A DNA stretch of 64,000 nucleotides, taken from the NCBI RefSeq assembly GCF_000143415.4, contig NW_003314333.1, positions 62,001 through 126,000 of the forward strand, read 5' to 3'. The translations under genes and the position numbers were made by a program. Below the pieces are notes generated by a model. The model made no database searches. It saw nothing but the letters and a program-made list of their open reading frames with translations, and had not been told where the DNA came from. Every line of letters starts with the position of its first letter. Within the stretch, counting starts at the first letter, position 1. Shown piece after piece: positions 40,349-52,879 of the stretch. Source of the stretch: Selaginella moellendorffii (Eukaryota; Plantae; Lycopodiophyta).

Positions 40349-41200
40349 CATGTGGCAAATGCTGCGTGAAGAAAGATGCCCTTTCTGGGCAAATGCTGTA
40401 AGAGGCAGATGCCGAGCAGATGTATCTCAGGCTAGCGAAGGGGACAAACGAAAGCTAGCTATAAACATGACGGGATGCAAATAGATTACTAGGCTGGTCC
40501 TGCGAAAATCAAAAACCATAATTGAAAACATTGAAAATGCAAAAAGAAAGGTTTATAATATTTTTGAATTTTAAGCAACCAAAGGAATGTAAGTAGGGCA
40601 TGTGTTTGTAAGTTTAAAAATGCCTCAACCACTTAAATTCCCAAGTAAATAAAGCTGTTTCTATTTTTGGTACAGGTAAACTTTATAGCGTGTGCAATTT
40701 TGAACCGAAAAATGCACCAAAAAATGCTCGACTAGCATTATTCTTTGAATGGCGTGTGGCCTTATATTGCCATAAATGGACGTACACACACAGCATAATT
40801 ATTCCTTTACACGGCGAATAATCTTGGCGCGGATCGCTGACATGGCATGGCAAAGTTCGAATCACTGACATGGCACAGCTGGATCGAGGCAAGGACATGA
40901 TGTGACAAAGTTCAACCTCCGACAGCAAAGTCTAGAAGCTACTCAGTTTGAAATTTGTCAGAGGAATCATAAGATCTGGTTTGTCAGAGCATTTGATGTG
41001 ACGTTCAAGCGTGTGTTATTTTTGAATTCTCGAACTCATTCCTAGGTCTATCATTTTTGTGTGCTGTGTTCTTGGTTCCGCTGAGCGCAGTGAGCGCTGC
41101 TTGTGTAAGCGGCGTTGTGAGCTATGGTTTATGCGTCTACGAGCGGTTGCGGCATTGCAAGCGCCATTGCGAGCGGCAGTTTATGCGAGTGGCAGTTTGT

Positions 41201-41302
41201 GCGAGCGGCGCTACGAGCAGTTGCGGTGTTGCGAGCGGCGCTACGAGTAGTTGCGGTGTTGCGAGCGGTGCTACGAGTAGTTGCGGTGTTGCAAGCGGCA
41301 CT
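41201..41302 (+). repeat. 30-bp tandem repeat (~3.4 units)
   Basis: gcgagcggcgctacgagYagttgcggtgtt x3 plus a partial unit. Copy 2 has only the start of one unit. Confidence 0.9.
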
Positions 41303-41665
41303 GTCTTTGGTGTGGCTACCGCTTCCTCTTGATATTCGGCACTTGTGCTTCCTGGTATGTTCACCATGGAATGGCTTAGGACCACATTTAGAAATGGCAT
41401 GAGGCCACATGCCATCTTAGGCCCTTGCAATTTCATGGCTAGCATATTGTCATGTATGTTTTTACTTGCCTGCAACTGTGTGTATATCAAGATGGCATGA
41501 GGCCTCATGCCAATTTTGTGAATGCGAAATTTCACGTGGGTGTCAATAGCATGTTTGAATAATGGCATGTGGCCTCATGCTATTGAGGTTGTTTGGTATG
41601 TTATGATTTAGGCCATTCTCCAATCATTTTTTGTATGGTCTTAACTTCTTTTTTGCACTTTCAGA

Positions 41666-42950
41666 ATGGCCTCTGCAAGTGCGACGCATGTTCCCTCCGT
41701 GGATCTTAAGAACCGTGCTACATGGATTCAGGCAAAGGTGTTTCTAAACAACCCCGAGGGGGAGGTGGTAGCTGAGGGCTTAGCCACAGTTGTCGATCCA
41801 AGAGATGCGGTTGCTAATCAAGAATTGGGCTGGGATGATATTGGAGTTGCGATTTTAGAGGTTGTTGACACAGAAGAAAACAGTCTGACTATTGGAAGCA
41901 TTGTGCGGTGGAAATTGAGGCACTTAGTGTTTGAGAATGTGAAGGATTCACAATCAAACACCACTACAACTGATGACAGAACATCTCTTCATGGGAAAAG
42001 AAAGTACACCTTCCTAAAGCGCAGCCAAAGGGATCTGAGCAACGAACCGAAAAGGCAGAAAATGGCGATGGAGGTTCGAATGGTCTCGACAGTTGCTTGT
42101 TGCAAAAGGAGGTGCTGTCAACATGCTGATTGGGATGCTATTGAAGAGGAGAGAGCAAGATACAAGACATTGTCCTGGAAGGCAGCTCGCAATTTTGTGT
42201 ATGAGGCATTACGGTCATCTGTTGATGCTTCAAAACATCAGGTGGGGGGCATGGTCTTCTAGAGGGGTTTGGTCTGCATGAAGGCATGGAGAATCATTTA
42301 TGGAGTCCCTCGAACCACATTCTACAGAATCAAAACTGAGTTCGAGGAACAAAGGGTTCAACAGGCAGTCCATGGGAATGATGGTACTCACAAAACCAGG
42401 GGTCATGTTGTATATGGAGAGGCAATCTTCAAGAGGTTTGTCGAGACATGTAGCAAGCAGCAACCACATAAAACCCGCCTCTTGGAAGATGGAACTCGAG
42501 ACACCCAACGAGTTCTCCCTTCCATGTATACCAAGGGGGCCATATTGGAAGATGTGAATCGGGAACTCCAGAGTAATGGCTACAGGAAGCTGAGCCAATC
42601 TAGATTTAGTAGATTGTGGAGCAACAGGTTCAGGGATGTGAGTATAGGAAAGTACTCCAGCTTTTCAAAGTGTGACGAGTGCACTGCTATCAAAATGGCT
42701 TTGTCGAAGAATTCTTGCATCGCTCAAGAGCGAGAGATGTTGGTTAGAAGGCGGCTCGACCATAACATCGAGTAGAGAAGCTGCAAGACTGCATATTATC
42801 ATAAAAGGATTCTCTCCATGGAGAGACCTGACTCTTACCTCTGCATCATCCACGACAAAATGGACCAGAAAAAGACGTGCTTACCTCGACTCAATCCTGC
42901 CCCCAAGGCAATCTCTTCATCCATGCAGCTGCCTATGTCTCTGTTTGGCC
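41666..42950 (+). pseudogene. Sola-like transposase, N-terminal half (copy 1; stops, most of catalytic core deleted)
   Basis: Near-identical to 59950-61222. Contains CCKRRCC, VCMKAWRIIYG, KCDEC and IIHDKMDQKK. In-frame TAG at 42260 and 42773. Confidence 0.82.
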
Positions 42951-44067
42951 ATTTACTTGATCACCAAATACCTTTTTCCCTTTGCACTAGTATATCTTAA
43001 TACCAGTCTGAGAAATAGAATGGCATGTGCCCTCAGGCTTTTTACTAAATCACTTTTGAAAGAAATGCAAGCCTCTATGTCGTAAAAAAAAGGTACTAGA
43101 GAAATTCCTTAATAATATGAATGTTATTTAGTTTCATGAAAATACACTAAGGGTCAAATGAGTTAAATGACTTCTCCAGACTAGCAATGCCTCTTGCTAC
43201 ACCTTCACAATTAGATTCGTTAGAAAAAGATAACATTGAATAATATCTAAATGTTCTCATCATTAAGTTATATGTCTGGCTAATAGGAATGACGTTCATC
43301 TTGGAAAGCTCACCACACGCTCAATGAACAAACAAATAGTGTGTGCGCGCATGCCATCGCTCTTCTTTAGCTTCAGATTCGGCTTGTTCACCTTGACAAT
43401 GAGATTTATTATACAACCAGATGGACTCAGTCTGGACACAAAGTCACCGCGCTAGTCACCATGCCCCAGATATGTCTAGCCCCTGGACAAAAAACATATA
43501 ATTTCACGTCATTTTCAAATACTTGAAAATTTGTACCTAGTCCCATTTTACTGAATAAATCCCATTTTAACGAAATAGAGCATCAAAGAGAATCCAAAAA
43601 GCTGGGAACTTTTTCAACTCCCAACTGCTCCAAGTCACCCCTAAAGTGACATCTAGCTCCACCAATCCTTGACTACTACCGACTTCATCACATGTCAAGG
43701 CAAGCAAAATCACATAGATCTTGGCAAAGAGCTCCATTTCTAGAGCTTTTGCAACTATCTGTCCACCATCGAGATGCTTTAAGAGCCTCCTAGGACCATA
43801 GTGACCCACCAACCCTAGCCGCCAAGGAACCCTAGCCCTAGAACAGGGTGAACCCTAACCTTAGCTGCTAGAAACCCTAACCCTAGCCACAGCCCAAGAA
43901 CCCTAATTCCAGAGCATGAGCTAGGGTCGTCTAGATCTCTTGGACCCCAGATCTGAATGAAGTGCCTCTTCTAGGAGTGCTTCTTGCCACTCTCTAGATG
44001 CTAGCCGTGAAGTCGAATTGGGAAAAAGAGTGAAACCAAGCCATGAGAGAGGAAAGAGGAGAAAACA

Positions 44068-44900
44068 AGTGGGGCATGGATTTCATAGGACCCATCAACC
44101 CTCCAAGCAGTCACTGCAACTCCTACATTTTGGTCATCACTGACTACGTTACCAAGTGGGCCGAAGCTATCGCATTACCTGACTATAAGGCATGACGAGT
44201 GGCAAACTTTCTCTACCAACACATCGTTACAAGGTATGGTGTACCGTTGGAAATCGTCAGTGACTGGGGTACACACTTCTTGAACGAGGTGATCAACCAT
44301 CTCTTCACGGCGTACAACATCAAACAGAAGTTATCAGCACCCTACTATCCTCAAGCGAATGGACAAGCGGAAGCCACCAACAAAATCCTGAAGACCATTT
44401 TGGCCAAAATCGTTAACCAGTCCAGGAGGGAGTGGGATGACAAACTAACCTCTGCTCTGTGGGCTTACTGCACTTCTTACAAAACAGCTACAGGACAAAC
44501 ACCGTTCCAACTCACATACGGACTGGAAGCAATTACACCCATTGAGTTCATTGTTCCCTCACTTCGAATTGCCGTGGAGCATCAGCTCTGAGATGTCGAA
44601 GTTCTTCAACACCGTCTCCAACAACTCGAGGAGTTGGACGAGAAGCGCTTGGAAGCGTACTACCACGTCCACGCTATGCAGTTAGGGCAGAAGGCATGGC
44701 ATGATCGTGCAATGCACAGTCATCAACGGGATCCTATTTGTGATGGTGACTAGGTATATCACTACCAGGGTAAGATCAAACCTATTAGTCATAAGTTTGT
44801 GCCCAAGCGGAAAGGTCCGTATGTTGTGCGTGAGGTTAACCTCAACGGCAATGTACGACTTGAGGAACCGAACGATCCTGATGCTCAAAATAGCACCAAC
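44068..44900 (+). pseudogene. Ty3/gypsy (Athila/Tat-like) integrase fragment
   Basis: WGMDFIGP..ITDYVTKWAEA, RYGVPLEIVSD.GTHF, YYPQANGQAE, TPFQLTYGLE. Confidence 0.88.
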
Positions 44901-45173
44901 ATCAACAAGCTGACCAAGCTGTGATGTAACCCTCCGCTCTTACTGCCCGAGACGGACGGTCAGGTAAGTCTGGGAGAGCCTCTACCAGCGATAGATGAAG
45001 AGGAGTCCGAGTCAGAAAAGGAGTGAGAGGAAGAAGAAGCTGAAGTAGAAGCCTGGCGTACGGAAGTACACTAGGAGGAATCGAGCGATGAAGACACTGG
45101 TGAAATGGAAGTTAAGATGAAATTGTGGGATATGTACGAAAAACCAGAAAAGGAGTTTGATTGGCATTGGATC

Positions 45174-46874
45174 TGTTAGGGCGTGGCCATTGAGAGAGTG
45201 AGAGAGCGAGAGAGGGAATATTCTGATCCTCAGAATATTCCCTATCTTCCTTGTATAAAACCCTTGCCTCAGAAGGGCAAGGGGGGGCATTTTGCGAAGA
45301 GCATTGAAGCATTTTTCGTGTTTGAGCGAGCTTTGGGGGAGGCGCCCCTCCTTCCCCCAACAAATGGTGAATCCAGCGTGATGCGCAACACTTTTTTAGG
45401 TGTCATTTTTCTCTTTTTCTTTTGGGCCGCAGACTTTGGGAAGGAATTCCTTGTTTGTCTTGTGGTGGTTTTGTTTGATCTTGGGCGTGTTGGATAGATC
45501 TGGAACTCTTCTTTCCACTAAGGTATGGTGCTCATCAAGCCGTGCAGTATTTGAAGAGATACAATGTTTCTTGGCTCGGTCAGAGGAACATTTTGGGGTT
45601 TTCACTTTCTCACCTGGGTCCTCGACCCAATTTCTCAAGGTAGTGCATTTGGGCTTGTAGATCTAGCCTAGATCTACAAGTAGTGGTGATTCTTGGCACT
45701 AGATTTGGGCAAATTGGTAGCATGCAAAAGGATTTTCTTCTCCAGCTACATTGGGTAATCTTTGCAGCAGGAGTTCGTGCTTCTCTGGGCTTTATTTTGG
45801 CTGCCGTTTGTTTCTAGAGGTGCTCCTGGTCCCAGAATTTCCGAAAATACCAACGATGCCTTAGTATCGATCTACATTAGTGACATGGACATGTTTTTCC
45901 ACAATATTGGTGTTCTAGGCTAACTCTTCATGGATTTCAGGGGATATTGAGGCAGCTTCTTCACAAATTCTTGTGATAAGAGGGTAGAAGAGGCTGAGCA
46001 CTTTCCAACGAGCCCACCAACAGTGAAAATGGGGAAGGATCAAGACTAGAGGACTCATTTTTCTCTTTTGGGCTAAACTTTGTTGGAGGTTACTTGGGAA
46101 CGAAACAATCTTCAAGGAATAGGTAGGCATAGAAATAAGAACAGGGGGGTGCAAGAACAAGGGTTGGCGTAGGAGCAGGGACAGTAGGAACAGGCATAGG
46201 AGTAGGAGTGAGAGCAAGTGATTACCGGTTACAGGTCCCCGGCTACTGATTACCGGTTACCGGTTACCGGCTACTCCAGTGGCTACCCCGGCTGTTCCTC
46301 CAGCAGCTACTCCAGCGGCTATAATGGCCGTTCCTCCAGTGGCTATACCATCTATTCCTCCGATAGCTACTCTGGCAGTTACCCTACGGGTCAATCGTTA
46401 CGTGTGCTTGAGGCCTACATCTCCTTCCATTTCGACCCTTATTTCTCTTCTTCATAAGAAGTTTGGGCAATTTTGAGTAGCTTGGGCACTAGTCTATAGT
46501 CTTCTTGCTCCTGCCAACCCAGTTGCCTTGACTGGGCATTTGCAGTGTTCAGTTTATTTGATGCCGATACAAATTAGATGTGCAAAAAATTGGCACCCTT
46601 TTACCATACCTCAAGGCCCTAAGGTACGGAGTAAACTTTCCAACATCCAAAGGCAGCTCAGGTATGACACTACACCTTCTAGAGCCGAGTCCTCTTCATC
46701 CTCGACAGATTCTAGAGACTTAGATCTACGAGCTATGGCGCAGCCACCTTTAGCTTGACCTCAACTCCATGTTCTGCAGAGGGGGAGTGATCTGCCAACC
46801 TTTTCAGGTGTTGGAACAGTCTCTCCAACATCATATATCAGTCACTTTAATTACTACTGCACCACAAACATGAT
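45174..46874 (+). mobile_element. Ty3/gypsy family D: LTR (~45174-46586), PBS and start of gag, truncated by the next element
   Basis: Starts TGTTAG and is homologous to the reverse complement of 25830-27473. TGGCACCC at ~46591. Confidence 0.8.
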
Positions 46875-47350
46875 TGTCAGGAATCCCCCAATTCTTGCCA
46901 CATTCCTGACTCTTGCCGGATTCCTGACCTGCAAACCACATTCCTGATTCTTGAGACACTTCCCTATTCCTGACTCTCGAGACACTTCCCTATTCCTGAC
47001 TCTCTGATTTCCTGTACGATTCCTGAGTCTCGAGCCTGATATTGATGTGGCGCCTCCTCGACCTCAACTATATTTAGGCCGTCCTCGATCCAAGAGTGGT
47101 GGAGCTTCATCAACCTATAGTATATATAGGTTAGCCTTGTTCCATTTCTCCACAATCTGAATCAATGCCAGTCTAAGGCTTCTTCTTTGTTTCCACTAGC
47201 TTTTCTCTTTGTCTTTTGCATTTTCCAATCTTGATCTTGTTGGGGGTTTTGACAGTTTGATTTAGATTATGCTTTTTGCTTTTGCTTTAGCTCGTTTCGA
47301 TTGTTTGATTGCCTTTGTCTTCTTCCTTTGTTTTTTCTTTCTTCTTGCCG

Positions 47351-48251
47351 ATGGAGTCTCCAAGCCATCCTGATTTCTTTGCCGAAGTCCTTGCAAAAAT
47401 CCAGTCTGAGAATACTGAGCTGAAGGCGACCCTTCTTCGCATGCAGCAGAAGCTTGCTTCACTTTCGGCTCAAGGATCCAGCAAAGTTCCTGAACTGAAG
47501 GTGAGTTTCCTGGCGAAATTTTTAGGCAAGCGTTCGGAGCTTCGCGGATTTTTTGAACCAAATGGAGCTGATCTTTGCACTTCAACATCGGCGGTACCCC
47601 ACTCTCGAGTCTCAAATCGGCGCGATTGGGACGTTGCTCGAAGGTGCAGCTTTGTCATGGTTTTCTCCTCTTCTGGAGAAGAGCATGAAAGGGGTCATGG
47701 TTCCGGAGCTAATGGATCTTCAATTGTTCAAAGAGAAGCTTGAAGCATGTTTTGGCGAGACAAATCGGGTTCGGGCTGCTACCACAAAGATGAGACGTCT
47801 CTCTCAGGGGTCTCGTCCTGCCTCGATCTACACTGCAGAGTTCCAACTCCTTGCCTTGGACACTCAGTGGGATGAGCGGGCTCTGATTGACCAATTTCGT
47901 TTCGGCCTCAACAACGGTGTCAAGGATTTGTTGCTCACCATGGAGGATCCCAAGGACCTGTCGGACGCCATCAACAAAGTTGTTCGATGTGACAATAGTC
48001 TCTTTGAACGTCGTCAGGAAAGTCGCCGCACCGCTGTTTTTCCGTCCCAGACTCAGGAATCCCAGCTTGAGTCTTCGGGGCATACTCCTGAACTTATTGC
48101 TCCGGTCGCGATGGATATTTTTGGTACTCCCCGACTCATTAGAGGGAAGTTGAGTCCTACTGAGAAGCAACGTCGAATATCTCATAATCTTTGCCTTTAC
48201 TGTGCTGATCCTAATCACAAAGCAGCTGTGTGTCCCAAGAAGCCTCCTTGA
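47351..48251 (+). pseudogene. gag: gag (one frameshift near 47545)
   Basis: LLEGAALSW, LSQGSRPASIYTAEF, C-terminal zinc knuckle. Confidence 0.85.
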
Positions 48252-51200
48252 CTGCTCGAGTTCACTTTGCCTCAAAGTCCACCTCTGTTGCAGTCGGGAA
48301 ACGACCCTGTCCAAACAGAGTAGGAGTTGTCTGTTTGGACTCCCCGAATAAAAATCACTTTTCTTCTTTATCAAGCTCCTCACCAACTTTCATCAAAGCC
48401 ACCACCAATTCCCGCAACTTCCGCGTCCCATGCCTCCTTTCTTTCACCGGACAATCAGGACTCAAGGCTCTAGTGCTACTGGACTCGGGTGCAACTTCCT
48501 GCTTCATGGACACGGACTTTGCTGCCCGACATCACGTTCCTCTTTCTCCTACCATACGGGATCTGAGGGTTGAAGGCATCGGCGGGCATTTTGTGTCTCC
48601 ATCTTCTGGACTTAGGGAAACGTTGCCCGTTCGAGTACACATCAGGTCCACCATCACCGATATCACCTTCAACATCATCAACAACAAGTCCTCCTTTGTG
48701 GTGCTCGGTCTTCCTTGGTTCCAACTACATCAGCCTCAGATTTGTTGGAAGGAATTATCCCACGGCTTCCTCTGCTGTTCATCGAGTTCGAATCAGGAAA
48801 AGTTCCCTAAACTCAAATTGGGGTTTTGTTCCTGACTCTACGAAGTTTTCACCCTCTTCTTTTTCCTCTCTTCCATCTTACACTGGACAGTATCCTCGTC
48901 TCATCATTCCATTTAGTTGTACACCTCCTCCTATCTCTACAATCACTATGAAAGAACTCCTTCATGAAGAACCTATTTTCCTTTTTGCTTTGCATGTTTT
49001 TCCTGTCAGTCTTCCTGAGAAGTATCATGATTTTGGGGATGTGTTTGACAAGAAAAAAGCTAGTGTACTGCCTGTTCATCGGCCTTATGACTGTCCCATT
49101 GATTTATAGGAAGGAGCGTCACCTCCGTGAGGCCTATCTACGGGTTATCCCCATCCGAGCTTACGGCCCTCAAAGAGTACGTGGATGAGAACCTTGCCTC
49201 GGGGTACATTCAGCATTCGCAATCCCCAGCTGGAGCGCCTGTCTTCTTTGTCAAGAAGAAGGATGGGAGTTTGCGGCTAGTCATCGATTACCGAGGTTTG
49301 AACAAGGTGACTGTTCAGAACCGTTATCCGCTGCCCCTGATCTCGGACCTGTTGGAACGCCTCAGCGGTGCCCTCTTCACCAAGATTGACCTCCGTGGCG
49401 CATACAACCTGATCCGGATCCGGCCTGGTGATGAATGGAAGACTGCATTTAGAACCCGCTATAGCCACTTCGAGTACACTGTCATGCCATTTGGCTTGAC
49501 AAATGCTCCAGCAGTTTTCCAACACATGGCGAACGACGTCTTTCGGGAGTTTCTTGATCAAATGGTGATCGTCTACCTCGATGACATCCTCATCTACTCA
49601 AAAAATCAAGAGGAGCACGACGAACATGTACGCAACGTGCTGGCGAAGCATTGAGAACACGGCCTCTATGCCAAGCTTGAGAAATGTTCCTTCCATCAGC
49701 AGTCTGTGGAGTTCCTTGGGTACATTGTCACTCCTGAGGGTATCACGATGGATCCTGCCAAAGTCAAGACTATTCTTGAGTGGGAGCCTCCACAATCAAT
49801 GTCGGACGTTCAAGTTCTCCTTGGCTTTGCCAACTTCTACCGCAAATTCATTGATCACTACTCTGACATTGTCCTTCCTCTCACGCATCTCACTCACAAG
49901 GATGTTCCCTTCTCTTGGTCTGCTACTGCCCAGCATGCCTTCGACACACTCAAGGCAGCCTTCAATTCTGCTCCCGTTTTGATCCATGCTGATTCCTCAC
50001 AACCTTTCTTCATCGAGGCTAACGCCTCTGACTTTGCCATCGGCGCTGTGCTGTCTCAACTCGGAGCGGATCAAGAACTTCATCCAGTCGCTTTCCTTTC
50101 TCGGAAATTCCAGCCTGCGGAGATCAATTACGAAATCCACGACAAGGAGCTCCTTGCCATCGTGGATTCCTTTGGAGAGTGGTGCCGTTTCTTAGAGGGG
50201 GCGGGCCATCAAACAACAGTCTGGACGGATCAGAAAAATCTCGAGTACTTTGCCACTTCCCGAGTTTTAAGCCGTCGTCAAGCAACGTGGGCACAATTCC
50301 TGAGTCGGTTTGACTTTGTTATCAAGTACAGACCTGGAAAGCTTCAAGGCCTTCTTGATGCTCTTTCAAGGTGCTCTTATCTCAGTCTCAGGCTTGGTAA
50401 TCTTGCCTTCAATCAATAGGATCAAGTTATCCTCGGTCCTGATCGACTTCAAGTTATGGCAATTTCCCTGGCCCCTCAGGACTCCTCCTTGATGGATGCA
50501 ATCAGAAACGATCTTCAATCCGATGATCTCACTAGCGACATTTTCCCCCATCTTTAGGCTGGACACCCAGTGACTCCCAACTGCCGGCAATTTGACGAGT
50601 TCGAGTTCTTAGATGGCTTATTATACCGTGGGGAGCAGCTTTACGTTCATGAAGGTGATGCTCAAAGGTTGGTCCTGATGGCGTGCCACGATAGCCCGAC
50701 TGCTGGTCACTTCGGCATTGCGAAAACCTATGAGCTAGTTGCACGGGACTCTTGGTGGCCTGACATGGACGACTACATCAAAGCTTTTGTTACCTCCTAT
50801 GACACTTGTGCCCGGAATAAGGTACCTCGCCACCTTCCTTCAGGTTTGCTTCGTTCCCTTCCGGTCCCTTCAGGTCCTTGGGAATCCATCTCCATGGATT
50901 TTTTGAGTGATCTTCCGAGTTCTGGAGGCTTCAACAACATTTTAGTCGTGGTGGATCAATTCACAAAGATGGCGCACTTCTTGCCATGTACCAAGGAGTT
51001 TTCGGGCGAGGACATGGCAAAACTGGTATTCAGGGAAATTTTCCGACTTCATGGGGTTCCTACAGATGTAGTTTCGGATCGGGGGCCTCAGTTCATCTCT
51101 CATTTCTGGCAACGGTTTTTGCAGCTGCTTGGAGTGAAGGCCAACCTCTCTTCGGCATATCATCCTCAAACTGATGGGCAGTCCGAGCGAACGATTCATA

Positions 51201-51690
51201 TGTTGGAACAATTCTTGAGGTGCTTCATCAACTATCATTAGGATAACTAGTTTGATATCCTTCCCCTTGCTGAGTTCTCCTATAACAACTCTATTCACTC
51301 CTCTCTTCGAATTTCCCCTTCTTTGCAAACTCTGGCCGAAATCCCCGATTCAATCTCTCACTTCCTTCTCCATCCGAATCCTCTCATTCAAATCCCCGCT
51401 CTGAGGCATTTGTCTCCAACCTCCAGGAAATCCACAACTCCATCTCCTTCCACCTCCATTGTGCTTAGGAATCTCACAAAGCATTTGCCAATGTCCATCG
51501 TCAGGATTGTCCCCCTTACAATATCGGGATAAAGTCTGGCTCCTCAGGCGAAATATCTCCACCACCAGGCCTTGTCCAAAACTTGATTTCAAACGCCTCG
51601 GTCCTTTCCCTATCATTGCCGTCATTAATCCTGTCACTTATCGCCTTGCACTTCCCTCCTCATATCAAATTCACCCCGTTTTTCACTCCT
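48230..51690 (+). pseudogene. pol: pol (PR-RT-RH-INT) with stops and frameshifts
   Basis: ORFs 48230-48835, 49127-49654, 49706-50419, 50570-51241 and 51459-51692 carry consecutive pol motifs. Confidence 0.92.
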
Positions 51691-52145
51691 AAGCTCTATT
51701 GTGGGAATTGTCATTATCCCACTTGTAAAATAAGGTTTCCAAACCTTTATATAGTATATAAATATAACAAAATTCAACTGCATTGAGGCACATGCCATTT
51801 TATTTTAAATAAGGAAATGTCTACTCAATCACTTCTCCTCCCCTTGCCACTGCTTCACCTCTCTCTTCTCCTTGTCATCGTCGTCCAATTTCTTTCCATC
51901 CTTTTAATATTGGCTCAGTTGCTCCGAGTCTAGGTGGAGCCCAAGTCCCCATTCAATCTTTACTTTCCCCTTATTAATAAAACAACTTCGTAGACTTCCA
52001 ATAACATGCTGTAACACTTCTAGTATAATGCAAATCCTCTCAAAGAATTGTCTTTTAATATTAATACAATGGCATGGAACCCCATGCCATAATAAGTTAC
52101 ATTTTTAAATAAATACATGCCATCTCAGACTGTTATTTTTTGCCT

Positions 52146-52864
52146 CTAATGCCTATACAATAATCTTGGAATTTCATCACTCTCCACACTATCAGGATTT
52201 AAACCCAATAGTAATGCCATCTCTTCTCTAATACGTCCACGCTCATGTTCAGTGGTCGAAGAACCCATCCGGTTGAGCAGATTATAGAGATGCGGATAGT
52301 GCTTGGCTAGACAATATACATGCCATAAATGATGACTAGTGTCTGTCCGATCAAATGGCTTCTGATATACCGTTCCATCTGCCATTTGGTTGATTTCTGC
52401 AGCCACCTCTTGGACTGGCCGGTTCTCTATCACCATCGCTCCAAGCCGTTTTGCAAGGTCCCCCAGAACATACGGTTTCTTCTCCCTAGTTTCCATACTG
52501 CAAGAGATGGGGTGCACTGCATATGTGTGCGTGTTCGCTGCAGTTTTAATCGGCGAGTCATCGATGATAAGGATTTCACTTGACCTAGCAGTCCGGTTCA
52601 TCACTACAGCCTCTGGCTTGACGAAGATGGGCTTGCTACCCCTCACATGGACCATAGTTAAGCAATCCTCCTGCGTTAGGAGAATGTCAAATGGTAATAT
52701 TACTCGCGTCTAATCGTGCATCATCTGTAGCAACGTTAATGCATTGTGGCGCATCATGGATGTCCAAACTTTGGAGGGTGCAGTGACATTCGAGGACGAG
52801 CCACACTCATGGGAGAAAAGGACACCGTTCAGATCAAAAACGATACAGTACTTTCGCCATGACT
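52146..52864 (-). pseudogene. FCP1/SCP (NIF)-like HAD phosphatase domain exon carried by the transposon
   Basis: After a TTCAG acceptor the frame reads WRKYCIVFDLNGVL (motif I variant), VWTSMM..N, LTQEDC, KPIFVK and ILIIDDSPIK..N...AVHP (motif IV). One internal TAG. Confidence 0.72.
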
Positions 52865-52879
52865 CTGAAATGAAATGCG

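Larger units (their letters stand above)
36409..43041. repeat. Same 22-bp palindrome family in copy 1 (~11 copies)
   Basis: Starts at about 36409, 37653, 38930, 38989, 39067, 39828, 40749, 41394, 41492, 41562 and 43020. Confidence 0.88.
36035..43581. mobile_element. Sola-like TIR DNA transposon, copy 1 (internally deleted, both ends present)
   Basis: 22-bp TIRs GCTCTATTTCGTTAAAGTGGGA (36035-36056) and TCCCATTTTAACGAAATAGAGC (43560-43581), 1 mismatch. Colinear and highly similar to 51691-64000, apart from deletions of ~52484-54835, ~59703-59945 and ~61223-63743 (copy-2 coordinates). No clear TSD. Confidence 0.85.
46875..51690 (+). mobile_element. Ty3/gypsy chromovirus (Tcn1/Tf1-like), 5' LTR + gag-pol, 3' end cut by the DNA transposon
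   Basis: LTR 46875-47254 (TG...CA). Gag with CLYCADPNHKAAVC; protease LLDSGAT; RT YLDD; RNase H; integrase SMDF..SDRGPQF..HPQTDGQSE. Ends at IHPVFH. Confidence 0.92.

Noticed and set aside
43810-43905. Telomere or interstitial telomeric array
   Set aside because: Only scattered degenerate AACCCTAR units, not a tandem array.
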